Shown here: positions 29,634 through 40,607 of the stretch, piece by piece
Numbering within the stretch: position 1 is the stretch's first letter
Layout of the letters: every line of letters starts with the position of its first letter
Assembly: GCA_902580275.1 (NCBI GenBank)
Contig: CACHJZ010000005.1
Location: 36,065 to 100,064 of the forward strand
From: an uncultured Pelagibacteraceae bacterium
GTDB lineage: Bacteria; Pseudomonadota; Alphaproteobacteria; Pelagibacterales; Pelagibacteraceae
DNA: 64,000 bases
Direction: 5' to 3'
Notes under the pieces: model-generated
Told to the model about the DNA's origin: nothing
The model's database searches: none
Seen by the model: only the letters and a program-made list of their open reading frames with translations
Program-made: the position numbers and the translations under genes

Positions 29634-32360
29634 TTATGTTGGATGCCTTTCACATTCTGCCTCAGCAATTTTCCAACAAACTGGACATTTTTTTCCTTTT
29701 GCTTTTGAAGTTTTTACTTCAATTTGATTTTTTATATTTTCATCCAAAATAGTATTTGCAAGTGAAGTTATACATATTTCTGAAAAATCATATTTTTTTG
29801 CAATGTCATATAGGTCCTTGCTCAATCTGATATCAATGGCGGTTTCTAAGCTGGATCCTATTGTTTTAGCCGCTCTTTTTTCTTCAATACTTATATTTGC
29901 TATATCTCTTATTTTGTTAATTTTTTCCCAGTTATTATTAAGTTCTTCATTTTTCCAAGATTTTGGAAATTCTGGAAACTTTTTTAAATGAATGCTGTTT
30001 TTTTCATCTTTGTTTAAAAGACTAAAAATTTCTTCTGTAGTAAAAGATAAAATTGGTGCAAACCATTTTAGCAAAGCGTCCAATATCGTATTTAATATTA
30101 AAATACAACTTTGTCTCTTGTCTGAATTTTTTTTATCGCAATATAAAGTATCTTTTCTAATATCAAAATAAAATGAAGAAAGATCAACAGTGCAGAAGTT
30201 TAATAATTCTTTGTACAAAACATGAAAATTGTATTCTCTAAAATTTGCTTTAAATTTTTCATTCAAAATATACAATTTGTGTAACATTAATTTTTCGAGT
30301 TCTGGAAGTTTGCTAATATCAATATTAGCATATTCATGCTCTGAATAATTATCATTTATATTTCCCATTAAGTATCTAAATGTATTTCTTATCTTTCTAT
30401 ATGCTTCAGCATGTTGCTCTAAAATTGAGTAGTCTATTCTCAAATCTTCAGAGTAATCAGATGCAGTCACCCAAACTCTAAGAATATCTGCTCCATATCT
30501 TTTTAAAATATCCTCAGGAAAGATCTGATTCCCTAAAGACTTTGACATTTTCAAACCCTTGCCATCCATCACAAATCCGTGAGATAAGATACTTTCAAAT
30601 GGAGCTCTGCCTCTTGTTCCACAAGATTCTAATAATGAGGAGTGAAACCATCCTCTATGTTGATCAGATCCCTCTAGGTACATAGATGCAGGCCACTTTA
30701 AATCTTCTCTTTTTTCTAGAACAAATGAATGTGTGGATCCACTATCAAACCAAACCTCAACAATATCTTTTAATTTAACAAAATTTTCAGCTTTATATTT
30801 ATCTCCTAAAAACTTTTGAGGGTCATCTGAAAACCAACAATCTGATCCTTCTTTTTCGTAGATAGATGCAATATTTTCAAAAACATCTTCATCTACTAAA
30901 ACTTTACCATCTGATTTAGAAATAAATATAGGCAATGGTACGCCCCAAACTCTTTGTCTAGAAACACACCAATCTGGTCTTGTCTCAATCATTGATCTCA
31001 ATCTTTCTTTACCTTTTGCAGGATAAAATTCTGTATCATCAATAGCTTTTAAAGCTTTATCTCTCAATTTATGGCTTTCCATAGAAATAAACCATTGAGG
31101 TGTAGCTCTATGAACTAACGGAGCTTTAGATCTCCACGAATGAGGATATGAGTGGTTTAGTTTTCCATTTGCTAATAAATTTTTTTCATTTTTAAGCTTC
31201 TCGATAACAATGGGGTTTGCTTTAAAAATATGAATACCTTCAAAATTTAAAACATGTTTTGTGTACTTTCCATCATCATCAACAGTTTCGACAGCTTTAA
31301 TATTATTATTTAAACATAAATTAAAATCATCTGGACCATGGCTTGGAGCGCAATGTACTATTCCTGAGCCTTGTTCTGTCGTAACAAACCTTGCCTCAAG
31401 CATCGGTATATCATAATTGTAACCTAAGTTCTTAAATGGATGGGAGCAAACTACTCCATCAAAATCAGATCCATTTATTTCACTTATAATTTTGTAGTCG
31501 TTAATTTTACAATCCTCAACTACACTTTTTAAAAGATCTTTTGCAACTATAATTTTTCTAGTGTTAAAATCACCTTTGTCATTAACTTGTATTACGACAT
31601 ATTTTAAAGATTTGTTGTAAGCTAAAGCTTTATTTGCTGGTATCGTCCATGGTGTGGTTGTCCAGATAATTACTTCAGCGCCCAAAAGATTTTCTAATTT
31701 TGATTTTTTAATATGAAACGAAACATAAATTGTATCTGATGTATGATCCATATATTCAACCTCTGCATCAGCTAGAGCAGTTTTCTCTACAGTGGACCAC
31801 AAAACTGGCTTGTAGCCTCTATATAAACTACCTTCTTTTAAAAATTTACCTAGTTCCCTTACTATTTGAGCCTCAGCATCATAACTCATTGTAGAATAGT
31901 AATTTTCCCAATCTCCAACAACTCCAAGCCTTTTAAATTGCTCTTTATGAACTTTGATCCATTTATTAGCAAACTCTCTGCATTCTTTTCTAAATTCAAC
32001 TACTGGCACATCATTTTTATTTTTTTTATTTTTTTTATATTGTTCCTCTATTTTCCATTCAATCGGCAAACCGTGACAATCCCATCCTGGAACATATACG
32101 GAGTCTTTACCATCCATTTGATGAAATTTTGTAATTATATCTTTAAGAATTTTGTTAAAAGCTGTTCCCATATGAATATTACCATTTGCATAAGGAGGCC
32201 CATCGTGAAGAACAAACTTTTCTTTGCCTTTATTGTTTTCTCTTAATAAATTGTAAAGATCAATTTTATTCCAATGTTCAACGATCTTAGGTTCTTTCAA
32301 TGGGAGATTTGCTTTCATTGAAAAAGCTGTTTTTGGAAGGTTTATTTGATCTTTGCTCAT
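29634..32360 (-). CDS. ileS: Isoleucine--tRNA ligase (type 1)
   Basis: LHDGPPYANG, HIGH-equivalent HMGT, GWDCHGLPIE, WTTTPWT, EGSDQHRGWF, KMSKS. Confidence 0.98.
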   Translation of the reverse strand: MSKDQINLPKTAFSMKANLPLKEPKIVEHWNKIDLYNLLRENNKGKEKFVLHDGPPYANGNIHMGTAFNKILKDIITKFHQMDGKDSVYVPGWDCHGLPIEWKIEEQYKKNKKNKNDVPVVEFRKECREFANKWIKVHKEQFKRLGVVGDWENYYSTMSYDAEAQIVRELGKFLKEGSLYRGYKPVLWSTVEKTALADAEVEYMDHTSDTIYVSFHIKKSKLENLLGAEVIIWTTTPWTIPANKALAYNKSLKYVVIQVNDKGDFNTRKIIVAKDLLKSVVEDCKINDYKIISEINGSDFDGVVCSHPFKNLGYNYDIPMLEARFVTTEQGSGIVHCAPSHGPDDFNLCLNNNIKAVETVDDDGKYTKHVLNFEGIHIFKANPIVIEKLKNEKNLLANGKLNHSYPHSWRSKAPLVHRATPQWFISMESHKLRDKALKAIDDTEFYPAKGKERLRSMIETRPDWCVSRQRVWGVPLPIFISKSDGKVLVDEDVFENIASIYEKEGSDCWFSDDPQKFLGDKYKAENFVKLKDIVEVWFDSGSTHSFVLEKREDLKWPASMYLEGSDQHRGWFHSSLLESCGTRGRAPFESILSHGFVMDGKGLKMSKSLGNQIFPEDILKRYGADILRVWVTASDYSEDLRIDYSILEQHAEAYRKIRNTFRYLMGNINDNYSEHEYANIDISKLPELEKLMLHKLYILNEKFKANFREYNFHVLYKELLNFCTVDLSSFYFDIRKDTLYCDKKNSDKRQSCILILNTILDALLKWFAPILSFTTEEIFSLLNKDEKNSIHLKKFPEFPKSWKNEELNNNWEKINKIRDIANISIEEKRAAKTIGSSLETAIDIRLSKDLYDIAKKYDFSEICITSLANTILDENIKNQIEVKTSKAKGKKCPVCWKIAEAECERHPT

Positions 32361-33289
32361 TTTAATTTTTTAGCCATTTTTACATCTTTTTTTATCTGTT
32401 TTTTTAATTCATCTATACCATTAAATTTTTTTTCACCTCTTATAAACTTCAAAAACTCAACAGTTAGCTTTTTATTATAAAGATTTTTTTTAAAATTAAA
32501 AATATTTACCTCAAGAAGAATTTTATTTTGGTTAAATGTAGGTCTATAACCTAAGTTTGCGATACCACTCAGTTTTTTTTTTGTCTTATTAATTAAGATT
32601 TTAACTGCATAAACTCCTGGTTTAGCTATCACATAATTTCCAATGTCTATGTTGCAAGTTGGGAAGCCAATAGTTTTACCTAATCTTCTTCCGTATTGCA
32701 CAATTCCCTGGATTGACCAATTTCTATCTAAATATTTATTGGCAGTAGAGATTTGTCCATTTTCTAAAAGTTTCCTTATAGATGTTGAAGATATAATCTT
32801 ATTCTTTTTTTTTAAAGGTGATGGATTTATTATTCTATATTTAAATTTCTTTTCAAAAAATTTCAATAATTTTACATCTCCCTCACGCTTATTTCCAAAT
32901 CTAAAATTATTACTTACAAAAATTAATTTTGCAGATAATTTTTTGTAAAGGAATTTTTCAATAAATTGATTACATTTTATCTTTGAAAATTTTAAGTCAA
33001 ATTTTTTGTTAATAACAAAATCAACCTTAAATCTTTTTAGAATATCCAACTTTTGATCAAAGTTGGATATTCTATAATTTTTAATTTTTTTAAAAAAAAA
33101 CATTTTAGGGATTGGATCAAATGTCACTACCCCAATTTTGTATTTTTTTCTTTTTTTTAATATCAACGCTTTTTTAAATAATTTTTGATGTCCTAAATGA
33201 ACACCATCAAAATTACCAATTAATATAATTGAGTTTTTGTGTTTCTTTTGTACGTCAAAATTTTTGTAATATTTTATTTTATTTACCAT
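32357..33289 (-). CDS. ribF: Bifunctional riboflavin kinase/FAD synthetase
   Basis: GNFDGVHLGH, ISST.IR, GFPT.N, G.RPTF, IRGEKKF. Confidence 0.96.
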   Translation of the reverse strand: MVNKIKYYKNFDVQKKHKNSIILIGNFDGVHLGHQKLFKKALILKKRKKYKIGVVTFDPIPKMFFFKKIKNYRISNFDQKLDILKRFKVDFVINKKFDLKFSKIKCNQFIEKFLYKKLSAKLIFVSNNFRFGNKREGDVKLLKFFEKKFKYRIINPSPLKKKNKIISSTSIRKLLENGQISTANKYLDRNWSIQGIVQYGRRLGKTIGFPTCNIDIGNYVIAKPGVYAVKILINKTKKKLSGIANLGYRPTFNQNKILLEVNIFNFKKNLYNKKLTVEFLKFIRGEKKFNGIDELKKQIKKDVKMAKKLK

Positions 33290-34098
33290 TTTAAGTATGA
33301 TTGATAATAATTAATCTTTACATTGTATTTTAATTGAACTTTTTCAATATTTTTATCTATTTCTTTTTTATGTATACCCGACGATATTAACATAGAGTCG
33401 AAATTTTGAATATTAGCTCCTTTGATATCCGTATTAAGATTATCTCCAATACACAATATTTTTTTATTTTTTATGTCTGCAGCTTGTCGATATACTGGTG
33501 GATAAGGTTTTCCAAAATATTCAACCTTTCCTCCAAGATCCTCGAATATTTTTGCTACCGAGCCTGCACAATACTCTGTAACATTGCCTCTATCTACAAT
33601 TAAATCAGGATTTGTACATATCATTATTTTACCAATTACATTTTTAAATATTTCTTTATAATATTTTAAGTCTTCTTCATATTCTTCGAAAAGTCCTGTG
33701 CACAATATAAAATTGGATTGTTCTAAATTATCAATTTTATTTTTTTCAAAAAGTTTAAAAAGATCAAAATCTCTTGGGGGTCCAATATGATAAAATTTCT
33801 TCTCTTTATAATTTTTTTCTAAATGTTTCAGTGCAGATTCCCCAGATGTATAAACTTTGCTACATTTATTTTCATCTAATCCCATCTTTTTTAAGAATTC
33901 AATTACTGTACTATTTGGTCTTGGTGCATTAGTGAGCAAAATATATTTCTTATTTAATTTTTCTAATTCGTTTAAAACATTAACAGAATTTTGATTAAGA
34001 CTTATTCCGTTATGAAGCACTCCCCAAATATCAATGAAGAAGACATCGTAGCTGTTCGCTACTGTCTTCAGTCCTAAATCATCTAAATTTTTTGGCAT
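33283..34098 (-). CDS. HAD-IIA hydrolase (TIGR01459 type)
   Basis: DIWGVLHNG, LTNAPR, CTNPD, GKP, IGD.LNTDI; usual location upstream of ribF. Confidence 0.85.
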   Translation of the reverse strand: MPKNLDDLGLKTVANSYDVFFIDIWGVLHNGISLNQNSVNVLNELEKLNKKYILLTNAPRPNSTVIEFLKKMGLDENKCSKVYTSGESALKHLEKNYKEKKFYHIGPPRDFDLFKLFEKNKIDNLEQSNFILCTGLFEEYEEDLKYYKEIFKNVIGKIMICTNPDLIVDRGNVTEYCAGSVAKIFEDLGGKVEYFGKPYPPVYRQAADIKNKKILCIGDNLNTDIKGANIQNFDSMLISSGIHKKEIDKNIEKVQLKYNVKINYYQSYLKW

Positions 34099-34165
34099 TT
34101 AGGAGATATAGCTTAAAAAAATCAATATTTCTTGGTTTTTTAGGGTTTAAATTTCTTGATGATAT

Positions 34166-34194
34166 CTTGAAATAATAGCCAAGCATCTTTATAT
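34166..34194 (+). promoter_or_regulatory. Probable RpoH (sigma32) promoter of groESL
   Basis: CTTG-N17-CTTTATAT, resembling the alphaproteobacterial CTTG-N17-CYTATNT consensus. Confidence 0.6.
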
Positions 34195-34219
34195 GATCCA
34201 CATATTTATAGGAGTTTTT

Positions 34220-34513
34220 ATGAAATTTAAACCTTTGCACGATAGAGTGCTTATTGAAGTTCTAGATGGCAGTGAAAAAACTGCGGGTGGAATAATCATA
34301 CCAGACACGGCTCAGGAAAAACCACAAGAAGGTAAAGTTGTTGCTGTAGGCGGAGGAGCAAAAACTGAAGACGGAAAAATAATCCCAATGGATGTTAAAG
34401 TTGGAGATAAAGTTCTTTTCGGTAAATGGTCTGGCACAGAAGTTAAAATTGATGGAAAAGAATACAGCATAATGAAAGAGTCGGACATTATGGGTATTTC
34501 AACAGGAAAATAA
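34220..34513 (+). CDS. groES: Co-chaperonin GroES
   Basis: [31 protein letters not shown] before ATG 34220. Confidence 0.98.
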   Translation: MKFKPLHDRVLIEVLDGSEKTAGGIIIPDTAQEKPQEGKVVAVGGGAKTEDGKIIPMDVKVGDKVLFGKWSGTEVKIDGKEYSIMKESDIMGISTGK

Positions 34514-36184
<1,671 letters not shown>

Positions 36185-36210
36185 TCCCCATTAATCTCAA
36201 ACAAAAATTC

Positions 36211-36241
36211 AAAAAGGGCGGTTTTTACTGCCCTTTTTTTT
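36211..36241. terminator. Bidirectional Rho-independent terminator after groEL
   Basis: A5-GGGCGGT-tttt-ACTGCCC-T8. Confidence 0.85.
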
Positions 36242-36371
36242 ACCTATCCTCTTCATGGTGGATGAAAAGTTAATCTAACAAATTTATGTAGTCTAATTCT
36301 AACAAACCACATTCTAAAATTGTACGCATCTTAATAAGTTGTATAAATCACTATTTTGTTGAAAATTAAAT

Positions 36372-36755
36372 TTACTTACTTTTCTTTTTTTTTGATATTC
36401 CTAGCTTATCGCTATGTCTTAACCTTAATATAACAATTGCTCCTGCAATTAACACAATAGCTACTGCCTCGTATACTAATGCTGAAGGATCCATTTCCTT
36501 TCCTTGCAAAATTATGAATCGTGAAAGAGCAGTAATTGCAATTAAAAGTGGTAAAGTAATACTAATTGACTGTTGATCCCAAAACACTCTAACCATTGCA
36601 AGCACCTCTAGGTATAGGAACATTAAAAGTAAATCAGCAAGAGTTACTGATGTATTTATGAACATTAGTTTAATCTCTAAAACTACAGCAATGATAGTGC
36701 TAACTAAAATTATTCCAAGTAAGCCAAGTTGTAAATATTTTACTAGATCTCTCAT
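36372..36755 (-). CDS. Phosphate-starvation-inducible PsiE family membrane protein
   Basis: LADLLLMFLYLEV..MV and PLLIAITALSR.II motifs. Confidence 0.85.
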   Translation of the reverse strand: MRDLVKYLQLGLLGIILVSTIIAVVLEIKLMFINTSVTLADLLLMFLYLEVLAMVRVFWDQQSISITLPLLIAITALSRFIILQGKEMDPSALVYEAVAIVLIAGAIVILRLRHSDKLGISKKKKSK

Positions 36756-36796
36756 ACAATTTTAAATAAATGATTCGATTACTAAAATACAAGAAA

Positions 36797-37444
36797 TTAT
36801 CTAAAAATTCTACCAACAATAAATAAACCAAGTGCCACTGCTGGTCCAATACCAAAGGCAAAAAGTATAGTTCCAATACCAACTGTCCCACCTAAATACC
36901 AACCAATACTAACTACCGTTATTTCTAAAAATGCTCGAACTGCTGCTATTGGCAAATTTGTTTTTTTTTGAAGTCCAGTCATCAAACCATCTCTAGGACC
37001 GGGGCCTAAATTAGCTACAAGATAAATACCACTTCCTATTCCAACGAGCAGGACAGCTGCTACTGCTAAGATCATTTTTAAAATAAAGCTTTCAGGGGTG
37101 GAAACATAATTTAAACAGAGATCTATCATTGTTGCTATAATTACTGCATTCAGGATTGTGCCAATTCCTGGTTTTTGGCTCAAAAATACCCAAAGTGAGA
37201 TAACGAAAATACTAATAAAAAAAGTTATAATTCCAATTGAAGCATTTACTTTCAAAGAAATACCTTGAGCTAATACACTCCATGGAGAAGCTCCAGTATA
37301 AGATACAAGCAATAAACCTTCACCTATACCAAATAAACTTAGCCCAAAGCATAAAAAGAAAAAAGTTGATAATCTTGGTTTTAGATTAAGAGGATTTTTA
37401 GAACTCCACGTAACCTTTGGAATATTTTTAATTTTTAAAAACAT
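36797..37444 (-). CDS. YczE/YyaS/YitT family membrane protein
   Basis: GASPW.VL.QG, PGIGTILN, LGPGPRDGLM, GGTVGIGT. Confidence 0.85.
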   Translation of the reverse strand: MFLKIKNIPKVTWSSKNPLNLKPRLSTFFFLCFGLSLFGIGEGLLLVSYTGASPWSVLAQGISLKVNASIGIITFFISIFVISLWVFLSQKPGIGTILNAVIIATMIDLCLNYVSTPESFILKMILAVAAVLLVGIGSGIYLVANLGPGPRDGLMTGLQKKTNLPIAAVRAFLEITVVSIGWYLGGTVGIGTILFAFGIGPAVALGLFIVGRIFR

Positions 37445-37543
37445 AGTTTATTTAGTAATAAAACTTAATAAATCCTAATAAAAAATAATTTGCAAATAAA
37501 TAATCTTATTTTAGTAATTAAAAAAATCTATAAACTTACTTTT

Positions 37544-38224
37544 ATGAAAAAAATCTTCATTACTGTTATAATATTAACTTTAGGTATCTTTAAAACTTCT
37601 GTCTCCAAAGAACTAACTGATTTAAAGTTTATAGAAATGGAAGTATTAAGGAATGGCGATGTAATTGGTTTTTCGAATTACAAATTCTCAAAAGAAAATA
37701 ATTTTTTGAAAGTTGAAAATGAAACAAAATTCAAAGTCGATGTTTTAGGGGTAAATTTATTCAAAATTGATAGCTTGGGAATTGAAGTTTATGAAAATAA
37801 TAAATTAGTTTCATTTGAATCTGAAACTTTTCAAAATAAAAAAGTAAAATATGTAAATTTAAAACTTTCTGAGGATAAAACTCAATATTTAATAAACGGT
37901 TCATCGTATAAAGGAAGTGCTGCTCTAAATAATGTTATAGGAAACTGGTGGAACTATCAAATTTTACAAACTGATACCCAAATAAGCCCTTTATCAGGAA
38001 GTGTAAAAAAACAAGAGGTAAAATATATAGGCGATGAATTAATTAAAATTTTGGACAGAAAAATAGAAACAAAAAAATTTAATTTGAAATCAAAAAACCA
38101 AAACCTCCCTGAAGATAAAAAGCTTGATTTTATTATATGGATAGACCCTAGCACAAATATAATTTTAAAAGTTGCATATGAAAGAATGGGTAAATGGGAA
38201 TATAAATTAAAGAAATATAATTAA
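37544..38224 (+). CDS. Exported beta-rich protein (DUF6134-like)
   Basis: Signal peptide MKKIFITV; VLRNGDVIG...; NWWN. The start is probably 37544. Confidence 0.65.
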   Translation: MKKIFITVIILTLGIFKTSVSKELTDLKFIEMEVLRNGDVIGFSNYKFSKENNFLKVENETKFKVDVLGVNLFKIDSLGIEVYENNKLVSFESETFQNKKVKYVNLKLSEDKTQYLINGSSYKGSAALNNVIGNWWNYQILQTDTQISPLSGSVKKQEVKYIGDELIKILDRKIETKKFNLKSKNQNLPEDKKLDFIIWIDPSTNIILKVAYERMGKWEYKLKKYN

Positions 38225-38228
38225 AAAA

Positions 38229-39386
38229 TTAATTTTCCTTTTTTTTTCTTACCCTTGCAATTAATTGTGTTAAAGAATCAACCATTTGATCTGAGGCTTT
38301 AAAAATTTCCGTGGTTTTGTAATCATAAGATAAATTTTTTTCTGGATTGGTTTTATCTTCTATTATTATTCCTTCATCAGGAGAATTATTTTTAATGTAA
38401 ATTAATATTAGCCAATTATCATCTTCATTTTCATCCCATTTAATGAAAATTTCTCCAGTTTCAAATCTTCGATCTATACATCTTAAAATAGACATCTGTC
38501 TTGTAATATGTCTTTTATTTAATTGGAAAACTAAACTGCTTGCGCTTCTATAAAAACTCTCTAGAGCAAATTCAATTTTTTGTCTTGCTAATGTATAATC
38601 TTTTTCTTTTTGAAGTAGCGTTTCCCTATCTTCGTCACCTTGAATTTTTACTCCAAGAGCCTCTACTCTCTCTCGAATTTTTTGATCTCTTATAATTCTA
38701 TATTTCTCTCTTAATTTATCTATTCTCTCCTGTAGACCAGCATAATCCTCTCTTTTTTCTTTGAGTGAGATTTTTTCTAATTGTTCTAGTTCTTTAATTT
38801 CTCTTATTCTAAATTTTTCAATTTGTTTTTCTAATTTTAGTTGTTCAAGGAATTTTCTCTGCTTTTCGGCTTGTTCTTGTCTTATTATCGCCTGTTCTTT
38901 TCTTAAAAATGATTTGATGTCTTTGACTCTTTCTTTCTCTAATTTTATCTCATCTTTTAATAGTTGTTCTTTGAGTTTTAAATTAGCTTTCTTTTCTTCC
39001 TCTAGACGTAATTTTTTATCGATTTTCTCTTTCTCAATTCTTTCCATCTCCTCAATTTTTTTTCTTCTCGTTTCATCTTTTTGTAATACCTTGTACTCAT
39101 TGATTGTATCTGAGATTTTTGTAAAGAATTTTTGAAGGAAGGTATCGATAGCTACAAAAGGATTAAAGCTTATTTTTATGTCAGGCTTCAAAGAACTTTG
39201 AAATCTTATTAATCTTAAAAGGACTTGATTTTTTTTATTTTTATTATCAACTTTAAATTTTTTTTTTGTATTTTTCTTTCTCTTTTTTGTTTTTTTTTGT
39301 TTTTTTGACTTTATTGAGAATTTTTTAATCTTTTTGATTTTAGGAATTCTTTTAGCTTTTTTATTTTTTTTTTTCTTTTTTTTCAT
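38229..39386 (-). CDS. Hypothetical protein: Lys-rich N-terminus, long coiled coil, C-terminal globular domain
   Basis: 385-aa ORF with an E/K/R/Q-rich heptad middle region. Confidence 0.75.
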   Translation of the reverse strand: MKKKKKKNKKAKRIPKIKKIKKFSIKSKKQKKTKKRKKNTKKKFKVDNKNKKNQVLLRLIRFQSSLKPDIKISFNPFVAIDTFLQKFFTKISDTINEYKVLQKDETRRKKIEEMERIEKEKIDKKLRLEEEKKANLKLKEQLLKDEIKLEKERVKDIKSFLRKEQAIIRQEQAEKQRKFLEQLKLEKQIEKFRIREIKELEQLEKISLKEKREDYAGLQERIDKLREKYRIIRDQKIRERVEALGVKIQGDEDRETLLQKEKDYTLARQKIEFALESFYRSASSLVFQLNKRHITRQMSILRCIDRRFETGEIFIKWDENEDDNWLILIYIKNNSPDEGIIIEDKTNPEKNLSYDYKTTEIFKASDQMVDSLTQLIARVRKKKEN

Positions 39387-39412
39387 TTAGAGGGTTTTAG
39401 AAATTTATCAAT

Positions 39413-40606
39413 TTATTTTTGATAAATATAGTCTCTTGTGTTCGGTACAGAATCTAATTTTTTAGACAATTGGAATTGAAATACAACCTGGTCTCCCCAT
39501 TTAAAAGCCATTTCACAACTTGCAAGATAAAATTCCCACATTCTAAAAAATTTTTCATCAAACATTTCTAAAACCTGACTTTTTTTACTGAGAAATCGTT
39601 CTTTCCAGTGTCTTAAGGTGTGAGCGTAATGCTTTCTTAAAACCTCAATATCAGAAAGTATTAATCCAGATTTTTCAATTGGTAGAGCTACTTCACTTAA
39701 ACTTGGTGTATATCCTCCAGGAAAAATATATTTATTTATCCATGGCTGTGGATCACGTGGTGGATTTATTGATCCGATCGTATGTATCAATGCAATACCA
39801 TCTTGGGAAAGTAGTTTTGAGACTGTATTAAAGTATGTTTTATAAAACTTTTTACCTACATGTTCAAACATTCCAACACTCACTATCCTGTCAAAATTTT
39901 CATTTAAATTTCTGTAATCTTCAAGTCTGAAATCAACTTGATTTTCTAAGTTCATCTCTTTTGCTTTTTGTTTGCTATATTGCAACTGGTTTTCTGAAAG
40001 AGTAATGCCAAGTACTGAACATTTGGTTTTTTTTGCAATTTCCAGGGCTAATGTCCCCCATCCACTTCCAATGTCTAAAACTCTTTGATCATTTTCTAAT
40101 TTAAGTTTTTTAATTATATGGTCGATCTTATTATTTTGAGCTTCTTCTAAAGTATTTTTTTCATCTTTAAAATACGCGCAAGAATATTGTCTTTTCTCGT
40201 CCAAAAATAAATCATATAGTTTTTCAGATATATCATAATGATGTGCAACATTTCTTTTCGATTTTTTTATAAAGTTGAAACTTGTTAGAGTTTTATAGAA
40301 TCCTCTGAGTTTATTAATTATCATTCCATAATTATTTATCTCACCTCTTCCGATATTTTCAAATGCAATTTCTAAAAAGTCTGTTAATGATCCATTTTCA
40401 ATAACAACTGATCCATTTGAGTAAGCTTCTCCAAAATAAAGATCTGGGTGAAAAAGTAATTTTGAATGTAAGCTTCTATCCAAAAGTCTAAGAGTAATTG
40501 GTTTTTCTTTTTTAGGATTTCCAATCTTATACTTGTTGCTATCAGCATCGATTAAAATAAATCCACTTTTAATAAATAAGCTATTTAAGAACTTTGCTAG
40601 TTTCAT
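39413..40606 (-). CDS. Cyclopropane-fatty-acyl-phospholipid synthase family SAM methyltransferase
   Basis: NVAHHYD, YSCAYF, LDIGSGWG, SVGMFEHVG, YIFPGG, RMWEFYL. Confidence 0.9.
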   Translation of the reverse strand: MKLAKFLNSLFIKSGFILIDADSNKYKIGNPKKEKPITLRLLDRSLHSKLLFHPDLYFGEAYSNGSVVIENGSLTDFLEIAFENIGRGEINNYGMIINKLRGFYKTLTSFNFIKKSKRNVAHHYDISEKLYDLFLDEKRQYSCAYFKDEKNTLEEAQNNKIDHIIKKLKLENDQRVLDIGSGWGTLALEIAKKTKCSVLGITLSENQLQYSKQKAKEMNLENQVDFRLEDYRNLNENFDRIVSVGMFEHVGKKFYKTYFNTVSKLLSQDGIALIHTIGSINPPRDPQPWINKYIFPGGYTPSLSEVALPIEKSGLILSDIEVLRKHYAHTLRHWKERFLSKKSQVLEMFDEKFFRMWEFYLASCEMAFKWGDQVVFQFQLSKKLDSVPNTRDYIYQK

Positions 40607-40607
40607 T

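Noticed and set aside
34234..34253. CIRCE-like sequence TTTGCACGA..GAGTGCTTA at the start of groES
   Set aside because: It lies in the coding region for the conserved LHDRVL, has a 2-nt rather than 9-nt spacer, and the left arm is poor.
36253..36255. TGA of the micropeptide as a selenocysteine or readthrough codon (would add xRG*)
   Set aside because: No SECIS-like element, and TGA is a normal stop elsewhere in the window (atpF', crtI, crtB).
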